Origin: Phoronis australis
Taxonomy: Eukaryota > Animalia > Phoronida
DNA length: 64,000 nt
Assembly: GCA_002633005.1 (NCBI GenBank)
Contig: NMRA01000718.1
Coordinates: forward strand, 41,289 to 105,288
Reading direction: 5' to 3'
Shown here: positions 27,321-41,405 of the stretch, one piece after another
Layout: the number at the start of each line of letters is the position of its first letter
Position numbering within the stretch: position 1 is the first letter of the stretch
Translations under genes and position numbers: made by a program
Notes under the pieces: generated by a model
Told to the model about the DNA's origin: nothing
Database searches by the model: none
The model's input: the letters and a program-made list of their open reading frames with translations, nothing else

Positions 27321-29766
27321 TTTAAGAAATGGTCACGATAAATCGTCCTAGAATTCGCTTGACGGCCATATTGCCTTGGCGACTTTAACTTACCCGCGTG
27401 ATCAGAAGCAAGTACGGATCACGTGACAGTTATTATTAAGCAGTAGAAGTCGGTTCTTATCCGGCTGGGTAAGAAGCAAGTTGAGACCAATATTATAACC
27501 ACGACGTCTATGGTTATAACAGTAGGTAGCGAGAACCTCGCTAAAACGCACGCGACCACACTGCTATCTTTCTCGCAGGAGTCTTGCGTCCAGGTTAAAA
27601 ATAACTGACTGAAACAAAAATGCGACTGTCGGTCTTACATGTATGTGCGACTGGGCTTACAACATCTACGGTCCTCAGACTCTCTAAACGTGGCACAGTG
27701 CGCCTCGACATCCATAGGTGTCGTGTTTTGAGGGTTTTTGCCCTCATCCGGTAGATATGCGCGAGGGTTTGAATCGAAAACTGAAAAGAAATTTATAAGA
27801 ACTCTGTCGACCAAGCTCAGATTTGGTGAACTTGTGGCTCATTTCACGTGTCCAGAACGTGTTGTATGTTTGTACAATTTCTATATCAAAATTGACCTGA
27901 ACATCAGTCAAGCTTGGAATCTGCAGAATGACGAACGAGCTTAAATATCAATTAGTCTGAAGTACAACGTATGTTGGAAAAATAAATTATTGAGTACTCT
28001 TCATGAACCCAACTCGTTCATCAAACCCACATCCTGAGATGGCAGAAGGATGAATTTAAAAACCTTGGCATTAAGCAGCGAGTCTACCAAATGAATTATG
28101 AATCTCGTTTAATTTTGCAGAACAAATTTGTAATGCTGACCCAAAAATAGAACACTTTACGTTTGCAAGCGGGTAATTACTAACAAGACATTTCTAACTG
28201 GAGTCAAGTCGAGGCATGCTGGGTAAAATGCTAGCGTTTTCGCTAACACTTCCAAGAATGCCAGTCACTTTTGCTGCGTTTTGCTGGAGGTTTGAATAAC
28301 CCCGAAACTACTAGGCTAAGCACTTTTGTAGGCAGTCGGCTTACTTCAAAGAAAACACATGCGCAGGGATGAGGGGCCGTTGTCGTGACAGAGAGTGGAC
28401 GTGTTTTGACAACTTTTGATTAAAAACGACTCAGGTGGTGAGGAAAGAACCTAACTGCGGACAAAGATTACTCCTTCGCGGACAGTCGTCTGTCGGGCTA
28501 AAACGCTGGTGTTTTCGCTAGCGTTTCTGTTATCACCCGAAATAATTTCGCTTGCACTGCTTATTAGCGGTATGACACTTTCCCATTGGGAAAACTCCAT
28601 TGTGTGGCAACCAATGCGACTCCACCGCGAATGACGCCAATGTGATCAGTATTACTCTTAGTCATATCTGTTCTCTTATTCAGTTACATGGGGCTATTGA
28701 AAGCGAGAACCACGAAAGTCTCGTTGAGTTTTGCGTGACTGATGTCGCGACCGCAAGTGATTATTCCAGGCGACAGAGCTACGCAACTCCTCATTTTAAT
28801 ACGGGGGTTGTGATGGTTAAATAACACCGGAAGTAATGTTTTTTCATACAGAGGAACTCCGCAAAACAGAGGAGTTGCGTTATAGGTGGGAAAGCGACAT
28901 TAGCCTATTTAAAGTGACATTATCGGCGAGAAAAATCAGCGCGGAAAAGAACCTGGAACCTTTGCGGTGGCAGTCAGGCAAACGTTGACTAAGCTAAATT
29001 CCATTCAATAAAGGCAAATTATTTCAAGCCTATTTTACAGGAAAACTCATCGACGTTTCGGAGAATGTCTGGCAGACATCGGTGATTTATAATAAAATCA
29101 CAAAACAACCTATTCTGATCCACTGGCGCTCGAATTTCCCGATGACTCATAAAACGATCCAAGTAAATTAAGCATGAAAAAAGTTTGACAACACAAAATC
29201 AAATCTGTTAAAAATCTATTCTAGTTCGTTGACATCCAGCGAACCCCGGCAGAATAAAATGTTGGAAAATGTAATTTCTTGCACCCAAACTTAAAGAACA
29301 TAAGTAGACAAAGAATCGTATTCATTTTATACTGAATCAAAGTAGAGAGATTGAGAACCCTATCAAAATAAAAAACAAATCTTTTCGATGTCTTAACAAA
29401 TGAGAATTAAAAAGGGACAAAAAGTTTCGTAATTAAAGCGACGCAAATCTCGCTGCATTTGCGTAAGATTCTCAAACACTATCGAGATGCGTCATAGCCA
29501 ACAATGGCATGTATGACGCGGTATTATAAATGCGTGATAATTCAGGCTCACAACGCTTTGCGAAACCTAGCTAATAACGCCTAAAATAGTTACTCTTTTG
29601 TCGGCTGTAAAAAGATTTCCTTTAAGCAACAGAGAAATATCGTGAAAGAGCCGGAGCATAACCATAAATTTAGAACGTCGTAAGAAATCAATCCTCCAAG
29701 CTTATACTGTGGTATCACGAGAAAAAAATTCTGTATAATGATAACCTGGGCTCCATTCCAAGAAAA

Positions 29767-30610
29767 CTGACTGACTCTGACTCTGACCCTAGACATTGTC
29801 CATCCACTGCAGGATGTAGCTCTCCGACAATGCCTTCCAATTTGTCCTGTCTCTTGCCGCTCTCATCCACGTTGTGCATCTCGTCTTCACGATGTTATCT
29901 GTCCATCTGGCATGGGGCCATCCTCTTGATCTCTTTCCATATCTGGGTTGCTACTCTGTGCATCTTTTTGTCCATCTGTTGTCCTGTGCTCTGGCGACGT
30001 GTCCATTCCACCTCCATTTCAATTTCAGAATTGTCTTGATTATGTCCATGACTCCTGTTTGTTCCCTTATCTCTGTGTGTGGAATCCTGTCTAGTAGCTT
30101 TATTCCAACCATTTTTCTCTCCATTGCTCTCTGTGTTGTTCTTAGCTTGGCAATTGTCTGTTTTGTTAAGGTCCATGTTTGGCATCCATAGGTGATTGTG
30201 GTGATGATGCACTGGTCAAATACTTTTCTTTTCAGGGATATGGGTATGTTCTTATCTTGGAGTATTTCTCTGTTTTTTCCAAAGCAACTCCATCCAGCTC
30301 TTATTCGGATTTGTATTTCATTGGTCATACGGTTTCCCATTTGTATAGTTTGTCCCAGGTATTTATATTGTGTGACTCTTTCAATGATCTTGTTCTCCAC
30401 CATTATCTGTTCATCTGTTTCAAAATTTGTCATGTACTTTGTCTTGTCCTTGTGTATCTTTAATCCCACATTGTTGCTTTCTTCATTCATTATATTTAAA
30501 TTTGTTTCTAATTGTGTTATGTCTTCTGTGCACAAAGCAACATCACCTGCAAATCTTAGGTCTGTTAGATGTTCTCCGTCTATGTTTACTCCCCTTTGAA
30601 GGTCTGAAGA
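29767..30610 (-). mobile_element. 5'-truncated RTE-clade LINE (RT C-terminal half) with short-repeat 3' tail
   Basis: ORF 29951-30643: LTDLRFAGDVAL, GLKIHKDKTKYM, YKYLGQ, RIRAGWSCF, TYGCQTW, KWRWNGHVAR; continues past a TAG as QPRYGKRSRGWPHARWTD; tail (TCAGAG/TCAG)n at ~29767-29787. Confidence 0.93.
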
Positions 30611-30913
30611 TTTTAAGATTTCCTCTGACTGAGCTAAAAACAAATCTTAAATTTCAAACAATTTTAAACGTCTCAAGTCCGTTTCATGAAAGAGATTTTA
30701 AGTTCAACTTAATTTTTTACTGAAGTTTTATCTTAATTTTGACTGACTTACCGAATGTAGAAGTTTCAAAATTTGGAAGTTGAGACAAATCTTAGTCTTT
30801 AATCAAAATGAATATCTACAAAGTCGCCTCAGTGCAGTTGAGAAACTAACCTTGTTTATGAGCTGAGTATTGGCTAGCCTCGGTGGACATAAATGTGTTG
30901 GTTTATGGCTGCT

Positions 30914-31053
30914 GCACGCGTTGTGTGTTGTTGCGCGTATATTGTTGCACTTGTATTGTTACACTTGTATTATTGCACGTGCATTGTTGGAGCACTTGTA
31001 TGGTTGTTACACGTATATTGTTTCTGCACTCGTATTGTTGCAGAATGTGTATT
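30914..31053. repeat. Degenerate ~14-bp minisatellite (GCAC(G/T)TGTATTGTT)
   Basis: About 9 imperfect copies read directly. Confidence 0.75.
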
Positions 31054-31996
31054 CTTATATAAAATTCGATCTTTATTTGTACGAAAGTCAGCAAACTTTT
31101 ACATAATTACGCTACAACGAGACCAATAAGATGCACCCGTTTAAAATGGTGCCAAAATCGAAGCTTGTCATTTCCTTTGAAAAGTTGGGGTTTTACACAA
31201 TTTTAAAGGACCTTAGTTGACAACGACAACGACTTCTTAACACCTTTCTTAATTTGACATCAAACGCATTGTTGTTGGGTCTTAATTTAGAGCCTCACTT
31301 GCCAATGCACAGCTGGGATCGGTTACATAAAACTTCAAAATTGTCCGCTGGATAAGTTTGATTGTTGTAGGACGTCAGGTGCATTGTTAACAAATGTGGC
31401 ACGTGATAATGCAACGTCATTGTTGCCATACGGCGTACAACTGGGCCCTGGTTAATTAAACCATTATCCGTTTCTTCATTAGCAGACTAATTTGTTTTCA
31501 CAGAAAGATTTGCTTTGTACGTAGAAGTTTTCAAGAGCGTGAATCAATAAACCTCGTAGGAGTATATGGGTAAACAAACAGCATCGTCACGAGAACTGTT
31601 TTGATCAGAACAAATGCGCATTGTTTTCTCCAAAACAATCTAAATTGCACCAATATAAGGTAACAAATAGTTCTCAATGTGCGTCTACTACCGTGCTGCG
31701 CATGCGCCAAGGCGAAGAGGTCTTATTCACCGTGGTCTCTAATTTGAGAAGATTTTATGTAGTAATTTACAACAAGGGCAATGATTTCATCAAGTGCTCA
31801 CGGAATTAAATGGAAATGCTAGCGTTCGAACTTGAAGCATTCAGAAGGGTAACACTCACCTGCCATAGGTGAATAAAAGCCGTTGTTGAAAGTCTGTGAA
31901 GAAAAGGAATATTGTCTTTACCCGCATTAATAAAATCATGAAATAATGTCGTTCATGTATATCTTTGCATTGCCAGGTCATCTTAGCGACCCTTTC

Positions 31997-32179
31997 GGAA
32001 CACTTCGGGTATTTTCGAGCCTCAAATTTAACATCGAAGGTGAACGTTAGTGCGCATATACGGACTTCAGTCATAAAGCCGATCAGTCAACTGGTTATGT
32101 GACTTGCAGTATGACTGAAGTCCACACAGGCTCAGAAAACGTTCATCTCATTGGCTACGAAAATACCCGAAATGTTCCT
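31997..32179. repeat. Degenerate palindromic (MITE-like) element
   Basis: Nested inverted pairs GGAACACTTCGGGTATTTTCG / CGAAAATACCCGAAATGTTCC, TGAACGTT / AACGTTCA and GGACTTCAGTCATA / TATGACTGAAGTCC. Confidence 0.7.
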
Positions 32180-32386
32180 GATAATCTGCCACCGACCCAT
32201 CGGCAAAACCTCAGGGTATTGACAGAATATCAAATTATTGTTCTGTGCATGGTCGAACTTCAGTCATTACAGCAAAGGGATTTGGTCACGAGATCGCGGT
32301 TTCAGCTGCAGAGACCTCCAAAGTCGCACAGTGTATACGGCGATAACTCTGCATGATCAGTGTGCCAAACTATGCAATGTTAAGTC

Positions 32387-32494
32387 TAGCCAGCCAGCTA
32401 GCTGTATGAAGACTGTCGTCAAAATACACCTAGGTACCATTTAGCCAGCCAGCTAGCTGTATGAAGACTGTCGTCAAAATACACCTAGGTACCA
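32387..32494. repeat. Perfect ~55-bp tandem duplication
   Basis: TAGCCAGCCAGCTAGCTGTATGAAGACTGTCGTCAAAATACACCTAGGTACCA occurs twice. Confidence 0.95.
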
Positions 32495-32890
32495 CTCTGT
32501 GTATTTCTTCCGTAGACCCCGAAATTGTACACAGCCAGGGTAGTTCTGCTCGTTACCTCGCCGTGAAACTTGTATCAACATGTAAAGCTAAAGACCGGAC
32601 GGGGTGCATACAAAATGTGGGAATCAACCTTGCCCGTTACAGCCGTTTAAGTGAAAAACAATGCAATAAACGTCATTTACTTGCGTAACTTTCCACCTTT
32701 TCTAACAATGAAAAGTATGTCGTTGTTTTGAAAACATTACTCTCGTGTCACGCGCACGCACCATTTCCTAAGTTTTTGCGACATCTCTCGGGAGATGATG
32801 ATAGCTTGGCAGCAGCAAAATTTCTTCTGAAAAACGGTTTTTCTGTATCAAAATTCTAAAATCTTATAATGAAGTGAAACCAGTTCCAAT

Positions 32891-33042
32891 AATTTGTTGT
32901 GACGTGTACGCAACCTCGTGAAAAAAGAACAGTTGATTGAGGAATCGGCGAAAAAAGAAACTGGCCAATAGGTGACGCAATATTTCATGGCGCCGAAAGC
33001 CGTCGCTAAAGATCGCTCCACAACTTTAGCAGCAGAATAACG
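32891..33042 (-). repeat. Dispersed repeat fragment, inverted copy of 5231-5383
   Basis: See 5231-5383. Confidence 0.85.
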
Positions 33043-33719
33043 GTAGAACGCCATTTTCTCCAACACCGTTAAATAATTCAGTATACTCAAGGAGGACTGT
33101 AGTTTTTAATGACACTAATTTCGTGTCAGATTTTATCTTACCACTTTTTTACCCACATCGGTGCAAAGCTGTATATTTAGTATACAGCTTTGTACCAAGA
33201 CTATGTTAAGTCTTGCTTAAGTTAAGCGCATTCGACATTTTGCAAACGTGCAGAAATGAAATTTTTGCAAAAGCTACTTTGAGACTTTGAAAATACCCGA
33301 AGAGTTCCGCATGGAACCAGCTACCTGCGGCGGAAACCATTTTAGTAGTCTTACTAATAAGTCACCCTGTAAATGCAGCCGTAATGCCTAATTTCTGAAA
33401 CTGGAAGCCTGTTCAAACACGTCTATGATCATCAAATATTTGTTTAGTTTTCTTCCAGGTTGTGTATGAAGGAAATTACTCTTCGATAAATTTAAAGAGT
33501 TCCCACCATGACCAAGTGTCTCAAAAAGAATTTTATTAATGCATCTTAATAGATTTAATAACCTTTAATGTACCTGTTGCAAAGAAACACGTCAAGTTGT
33601 TTTTTAAAAAACGTTTTTCTGTTATCGGGGTTGTACGTAATGGGTGGAAGACCGTCTCCGCTAAAGTTGTTTTTACCAGTGTGATACTGAGGAGTTGCGG
33701 AGAGCCGCTTTTTTCAGAC

Positions 33720-34076
33720 ATGAAAAGATGCGTTTATGGAGGCTGTAGTAATAGCAGCTTGTATGAGAACGTCTCTGTGCTCAAATTTCCTAAAGACGTG
33801 AAAGTTGAACAGAAATGGTATCGGTTTGTGTGTCGTACGAGAGTGTGGAATGTCAATGTGGAACGTGCCATTCAGTCGGGAGCCAGCCTTTGTTCGGCAC
33901 ATTTCAAGGAATCGTGTTTCGACCAAATAGAAAAGCTGCGTTACGATGATTTAAGTGTATTTGAAAATTTTATAAACAACAAACAAACTGTTTCCATTCC
34001 AGGGCGAGTGATGCCAGGTTCTCATCCCCGGCTCAGATCGAGTGCTACGACACGTAGACTTATGCATTGTCGTTAG
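33720..34076 (+). mobile_element. THAP zinc-finger ORF, probably from an internally deleted Kolobok element
   Basis: MKRCVYGGCSNS..KFPKD..KWYRFVCRTR..LCSAHFKESCF has all C2CH ligands plus the conserved P, W and F; the C-terminal AVPT box is missing. The opposite strand has a KolX-like remnant (ITRPGMETVCL, ~33980-34012). Confidence 0.8.
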
Positions 34077-37000
34077 ACCGTGCTCATTTCATCATGGCAA
34101 TCGTGAATACGACTGACCCAGGTTTACTGTGGCCTTTTTACTTATCAGTGATTATTAAGTGATTTTTTTGCATAAATGTTGTCCATTTCTCGCTCAAAAT
34201 CTCCCTCGTCTTCTGATCTGCTGTGCTCCGTCATTGTCATTGATTGTTATGTGACCAAACGTCTTCCACCATCAGCCGCAGCCACTGGTTTTACTTATCG
34301 CGGACATTTCTTCTTGATTATGTATGGAACATGGTGTCCTTGTTCATCCATTGATATTCAAAAAGCTTCTCCTTTTTCGTAAGACATTAGCACATGCGCT
34401 TCACAACAGTGGAAATTTGCCGACATTATAACTTCAGGAAAGGTGTTAAACGCGTTTCTACCAGTAGGTTGAAATCTCCCCTCCCCATTACATGGGAATA
34501 TGTAGGTGGCGCTGACCGCTTGTCCACTAAAGACCTGATCGCCACCTGGCGAGTTAGTGAATTTTGATATGGCGGCGCAGCTATTTCGAAAGTCAGCCAC
34601 TAATCTAAAATCCTATACACCCGGCTAAGACCAATATCCCGGCCATAGCTTTCAAAGTATAAGCAAAAGCATCGAGCGAGAAGGAACTGCATGCTCTCGT
34701 GCGATAACTGGACAGTGACAATAAGTTACAGACATTTTAGAATCAGACGCTCCCGTAGAATTCAATCAAACGTCCGGGAAACTGGTAAGCTTGATGAACG
34801 AGTTCACAGCAAGGTGGTTGCCTGTCAACCGTTTTCATTTCTTTTGTCATACTTGAGCGTAGTAAAATGACATGCAAATTCATTGGCATGACGACCACTA
34901 GGTACCAAAGCAATGAGAAATTATACAACAGTAAAGCATCAGTTTAATGAAAGCTGAAGATTTGAAAGTTGATGTTTTTAGCAGTGTCACGTTTGTTGCA
35001 GTAAAAAATGAATGAAAAGGCCCCATGCACAGGTGTTAATGACATTAAGAACTTGTTCGGGGATAATTTATCACATGGTTTAGAAACTGGGCAACAGTGT
35101 CTGGTGTTAAAAAGTAGATGTAGCGAAAATGTCGGCGCATATTTGCAAATGGTAAGGACAACTACGGAAGAATAACAAGCACACCAGCTTTTGATGTTTG
35201 CTCCGAGTTGGGCATTACAGAGACTTGTTTGGGAACAATCTTGCCAGCCTGCAATCAGCCCGCTTGTGAGGAGATTCAGTGTGCTTTACTAATTGGAGAA
35301 AACACCACAGCGGGACAATGAAACAGTGACGTAACTTGCTTTTCTCAAAGGATTAGTGCGGTTCCGGATCTTGCGCTCACCTGTCAATCATTGTTAGCAG
35401 TAGGCGGCGCAAGGAAGAGAATACGTCCCCTCAGGAAAAGGCAAAAACAAAACTTTGTGAAAAATAAGACAAATTCACCGTTCAGGCACCATTTTAATCG
35501 AATATAAAACCAAATAAACTGAAGAAAACTCAAAAAGACCAAGTTCGTGAAAGGAAACCGATCTTTTAAACCTTGACTCACACAAATCAACAGTTCAGCA
35601 TGCCCTACCAATTACTTCAGTGGTGGCCAGCAATGCTTTGAGCTTATTATGGAATGACTTGCCTTTCACTAACGTGATTTTGTGCGATTTCGTAAGAAAC
35701 TCGGGCGGGTAGTTAGTAGAAAATAATTTGGAAACAAAATTCATTGAGTGGGAGAAAAGCCCGAGACGACTCCGACGAAAGTCTCGAAGAATGGCGATGA
35801 TGCGAAGTGGTGAGGTAGGCGGCTCCATGAGGGTACAGGCAGTAAATATGGCTATGTCTGTTTCAGGATAATTCAAGACAGCCCCATAGAGGTGTTTCCA
35901 TGGAGACTGCTGCTTTCCATTCCACGTTTAACAAAATTGTAAGTAAAAAGCATACAGGTTGTGAATGTGTCAAAAAGGGCTACAGTGTAGCTTTCGTACA
36001 TAGAAATTAACGTTTAGGGATTCTTTGAAAAAGTCGCATTTGAATCTTTTGTGAGAACATTTGTAAGTGCTTTACAGTCAACAACAACACTAAGAACTGA
36101 AAATGACTATATTATCGTAGATGTGCCATACAGTGAAAGCTTTGTTGGGCAAGCTGTTGCACGGTTGTTTTCATTTTATTTTCAGAAATTTCTTGAACGC
36201 CTCGTGGACGAAGTTGAGGCTAAGACTTTTGCAAAGCATTTACTGACTTCATTGCTTGATGTACTTTGGATGTTTTTCCACTACACCCACCCCAAATGCC
36301 TTAGATTTGTACATGATGTACCCATTTAGTGCAATTGCAACCATATACTTTGCAGTATTGTGCGATTTGTTCTGGCTATAGGTTTCACCCCCTATCAATG
36401 ATTTCAAATCAGCTGATCTGCTACCAAATACAAAACACAAGCAGGCACACGAGCTCAGAAGACTTGTTTTACAGACGGACCGTGCTGACACCAGTGTTTA
36501 GTCTAACATGCCCGTAATGGCGTGACCTCAATATGGCGCTCCCCAGGAATTCGGCAGTTTAGGTAATGGAATCCGTGAATGGATAATCGTAATGCCGGTT
36601 GTGGCAAACCTTGAAATGTGTCGTGAACTCGTGTCATTAAAACGTTCTATGTTTAGTCCGTAGAAAACAGATTACTGATAATTTTTACTCCCATCCGCTT
36701 CCCTTGTCTGCACTTTCTAAAAATAAGGAGTGCCTACATCCGTGTGTTGACACGCAATATATTTTAAGACATCAAGGGTTGATTCTAGATTCCCTGCCTG
36801 CCTTAAACTGCTATTAAAAGGAATATGCATCTAACTGAGTAACCACGACGATAACTGATCTTCGATAAGAGTGATTCCTACGCACCACCAGGGCTAACGC
36901 AGTTTTTTCCAACATTTCGGACAACGAGATAATGTCACTAGGGGCTCGCTTCTATGAAGATGAACTAGATACAGGGTGATATCTAGGCCATAGTCATTTT

Positions 37001-37150
37001 ACAGATGAATTGCTTCTTTTTTCCGTTTATCATTCCACTGTACGGACACAACAATATTCCCGTGTCACATGCGGCATACTCATACAATTTGAAAATTAAT
37101 TAAAATGCTTAAAGCCACCATTTGCCTTGTGAGTAAATTGTCGCCGTCAT

Positions 37151-37429
37151 TTAACCTTCGTTTTTGTGGCTCTGTATATCACAACCATAACAAAAAGAGA
37201 GAGTAGAAGGGCGAATTTGTAAATGAAAGTTTCTTAGATCTATGCACACGAGTGTCACGTATACATAAACTTCTCCAGCGCCATTGAATTGTGTCCCAAA
37301 TGTGAGAGTTTCTTGTTCAAACTTGTGACACATCCGCGCTTCTCTGGTGTACCACGGGAAAGTGAGAAGAGACAGAGCATGCTCAAATATTGAGTTTTCA
37401 CGGCCACTACAAATGCAGCGCCTCGCCAT
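37151..37429 (-). pseudogene. Degenerate THAP-domain remnant similar to the 33720 THAP
   Basis: MARRCICSGRENS..SLLTFP..ARMCHKFEQET aligns by eye with MKRCVYGGCSNS..SVLKFP..QKWYRFVCRT; the second Cys and the Trp are lost. Confidence 0.5.
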
Positions 37430-38374
37430 TTTTCATTATACCATAAACCATGGGAAAACGAGCAATATTTGAAGACTTTTCACTTTAAACACAATGGAGA
37501 ATGGCCAAAGCTGTGTTTGGTTGTTCTAATTCTATGTAGTATGTATTGAATAACAAGTGCTCGTTAGTCGGGATCAGCTAATTAACATATCGAAAGATAG
37601 CGTTTGCGGGTATTCTACTATGACAACTGATGGGGTTGTTTTTTTGTGTCTTTTGGTGGTTTTTAGCACAACACGTCAATAAAATCAAATCTGGCGCCAA
37701 AGTTTTCCCACAAGGCAAAGCACTATCGTTTTATCAATCCAATCGACCGACTGAGCTGTCTTTCGTACTACTAGACAGATTTAGACAAAGTTAAATAAAC
37801 ATCTTCAGTTGCCAGAATTATTTTGCGGTTTAGACGAACTTTTGTAGTTTTTGTCAGAGTTTTATGTGATGTGATTGCGCCTAGCCACTTATTGTTTATT
37901 TATGTGATGGACTTGCACAGTAAGGTCTCGCGATTTGGAAAACCAGCTGTCGAGATTTTATTAAAATTTTATCATAATTGAGCCCAATTCTGTTGGAAAA
38001 AATATGGATATTAAGTCGCGGTTTTTGCACCGAAATGTAGTCGAGTTTCAACGTTGACCAGGTTATCTTAAAAACTACTACACATTGTATCGTAAAAGTA
38101 AGACATTTTTGCCAGAACGAGCGATGAACCTTGCGACGACATGCAAGGCGGTACATTGTCCTTGGTTCAGCCTGTGGATTGATCAATTGCAAGGCCATCC
38201 AAGTCTGTCAGCGACTCATTGCAAACACTGTGACCATCCACAATTTTTATTGGTTGTTTTTAATGGGAATGCTAAAGGATAATATTAAAACTCATCAACG
38301 TCTTTTCTCCTATGAAATAACATTTAAATGAAGCGAGAAGGCAAACGAAGAATTAGTGAAATATTTATATGCTG

Positions 38375-38618
38375 CATGCGCGCACCCAGCCTTTAATATG
38401 GGGGGGGGTTCGAATCTCTGACAAAGCAGACGTTTTGCTAACAAAAAAGCGGGAGACTAAAAAAACGAGATACCACCTTCAGGTCTGTGAACTGTGCGTC
38501 TGCGCTTTTTAGTGGACTTTTGTCTCGTTTTCTCGGACTTTTTGTTTCTCTGAGGCGGACCTTTTTACCCATTTCTCCAAATTGGGGGGGGGGGGGGCNC
38601 CACCTGGGTGTGCGCATG
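38375..38618 (+). mobile_element. GC-rich MITE family B
   Basis: TIRs CATGCGCGCACCCAG / CTGGGTGTGCGCATG; flanks TGCTG / GGCTG; interior shared with 59197-59484 and 24653-25061. Confidence 0.85.
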
Positions 38619-40289
38619 GGCTGTTGAAGCGAGCTGTGTTTGGAGTGTACCAAGGAAGAGGTGCTCCTACAACCCATTGAACGCCTCAGCAAAGGCATGC
38701 GTGACTTTTGAACTCGTGCCCCAGTGTATGCACGCATGTTGAAGTCCGATTAGACCCCGTTATGTGTACACTGTATCAGTACACTAAGAACCATTCTGGC
38801 GCAGCTGATAACTGTTATTTATGTACCAGAACAGCTCTGTCTGTCTGTTCCACAAGAAATACAAACATGTAAATACGAGGAGTATACTGGACCAAAAACT
38901 TCACTACCTTGCACGTAGTCCAATATTTAGCTGATTCCAGTGTAGCCGGCTACAGCAAAAATTCATCACATCAGCAATTTTTACTCCAAAGTCACCATTT
39001 GAATGAGATTACACTGACCTGAGACACTGCATTCACACTGTTCGTCTTTTGACAGCAATTTGCGCTTTTCAGCCATACATGTAGCTCTGTCAGTAAGACA
39101 CATCTCGAGAAAGACTTGGCCTTTTTCAAAATTTGTTGCAGTAAAATGCTTCAACGTTGAAAGCGTCTCTTGTATTTTTCATTAGACTTTCCTTATTATT
39201 TTTATGTTTGGGTTAAAATCTAGAGATACACTATGATTAGAAAAGTCCTAAACACTAAACGTAGTCTTGATATTAAAAATAGGCTCAAATTCTGACATTG
39301 TTTTAGCAAATTAATAGATAGGATTTAATGAATATCGTTGAAAGAACACTCCCTATCACTGTATCTTTCAACTTATATTTTCCAAAAACGAAATGGCAGT
39401 GTTGTGAATTACACAAATAGTTTCGCCTCTGATCTTAGTTTCAGAAAAAAAGGTTTATCTTCATGTCTGCGCAATTAGCAGTTATTGAGATATTTCAAAG
39501 TTTAAGACGAGGCTCGCGTAACCTTAAATACTGATAAGGTAAAATGTCTTAACGTCATACTCCCAGACTTATGTTGCTGACCGACGAAATTGAAAGAAAT
39601 TGCCGGAATTTCATGAAATACTGATTTGTAGCAATTACCAGTTGCCTTACCTGAATTTTGTCCCGGTGGATTGAACGTAATTAAATCATCATTTGTTTTC
39701 ATTTAAGCATTGCTAACATGTTTCAATACTCATGAGATATCGTTTATTACGTCTTGACTTGTTATTTTTGCGACGAAACCTGACCTTTAAAGCTGACAGA
39801 AAAGTAGTTTGTAGAATGGTTTTAAGCAATATCTCGTATGTCGGTTTAGTCACAGAAATACTGTTTTGTCTAATACAAATAACATGCCCTTTACAACATA
39901 CCTTTGACATTTACAAATATACAGTACATATGGTCCCAAACATTCGAAGGAACTCAACGAACGCCAAAGGTGAAAATTTGGCGGTGTCAATTTGCCCAAA
40001 ACCGGATTGTCACTCACATTAGTGTAAATGATCAGTCCAGCTGCAGCGAAGCGTTCCAAATGCTTCGTGACGATTTACTTGGAGGAATAGTTAGTTACAC
40101 GGGCCACGAGCTCAAAAACTATCGTTGGCCGACTTGGTAAACGTTACACTGTTAAGTTACGTGCGTAAGTTAATTCTTGTTAGAGGCGTGAAGTAATTAT
40201 TTATGACGTAAAGGAATTAGTTGCGGCGTAAAGTAATTATTTGTGGCCTAAAATAATAATTATATAATTATAATTATTGGCGAGTTAAT

Positions 40290-40826
40290 AGGTCCGTCCC
40301 GGATTACAGAGCAATAGAACAATTCGTTGTCCGGTAGGTAAGAAAGCGCGTTGTTTTCATTGGCCTAATTTTGCAAATATCATGCACATTTTCACAGGTC
40401 ATATTGCAAACCGTTGAGGCGTGCGCCCGTGGAAATTTCCTCCGTTTATGAGTACCGGATATGGAAGGTATCTTCAATAATTAGGGAATTCTGTTGGACT
40501 CAAAATTGCTCGAACTTGCTTCACCCATTTGTTTTTCCTTGCCTTTGACTGGAGTCCGGAAGGCGATGAACTTAACGCCACGCATCCATGGATATTTGCG
40601 ATGTTTATCCAACTTTCTCCAGTCGCCGATACAGCCCACGGCACAGCGGTAATGCTTCGTTGCCATTGGAAGGACGGATATAGTAATGCAGCCAAGAGAA
40701 ACTAGTAAAGAAAATGACAACAACAAAGAACACTCCAATGAAGCGAAAACTCCAGGCTACAAAAGTGTCTGGCGGATAGTGCGGCAGTAGAGATTCGAGT
40801 GTCACTGTGTAATCCTGGACGGCCCT
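40290..40826 (-). mobile_element. ISL2EU/PHIS-like non-autonomous element with THAP remnant
   Basis: AT|AGGTCCGTCCCGGATTACA ... TGTAATCCTGGACGGCCCT|AT; minus strand from ATG 40666 reads MATKHYRCAVGC..KYPWMRGVKFIAF../..KWVKQVR (frameshifted THAP N-terminal half). Confidence 0.78.
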
Positions 40827-41324
40827 ATTGTATCGGTCAAAACATCTTTCATGAACGCGTCCAACTGAATCGTCACAAGGTGATACAAAGAGCGTTCCAT
40901 ACAATTGACATTTACGGATATATATAGGGTGGTGGCCGGGATGTCGGTCCGATTTAAAACAACACCATCAGCAGATATGAGATCTAGAGATATCACCTGA
41001 TTTTCAGCTATACGTTTAGTTCTATCACAGATGCGAGTAAGCAGGTAGTACATATCAGCAGACCACTCGCCTACGTAACAGCCCTTCATTCTGTACTACT
41101 TGCGTGCCGTAGACGCAAGGAACCCGCGAAGAAGCACTATCTAGCGAAACATGTCACAAACAGATTTATTTTCAAATGTCTTAGGTCTAGGCAGCGCAGA
41201 CTTGGATTGGACGACTCTTATACCATAAGCATGGAATCTGTTATGAGGTCAACATATGCCATTACTAACTTGAACGCGAGTTTTGTCGTTTATGTTATAG
41301 GAACCGATTTTCTTATCATTCCAG

Positions 41325-41405
41325 GGTTATCAACAACGCTCTACTAACCAACTTGTCTAAGGAAGATTTGACTGTGCTGGGAAATTTGACTCGACTGTCT
41401 GAAGT
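41325..41405 (+). CDS. LRR protein, coding exon B (81 bp, one LRR unit)
   Basis: TTTTCTTATCATTCCAG|G GTT ATC AAC AAC...GAA GT|GTGAGC; phase 2-2; reads (L)VINNALLTNLSKEDLTVLGNLTRLSE(V) and joins exon A in frame. Confidence 0.75.

Noticed and set aside
27492-27520. 13-bp insert between ATTATAAC and GTTATAAC resembling a P-like excision footprint
   Set aside because: Too short to distinguish from chance.
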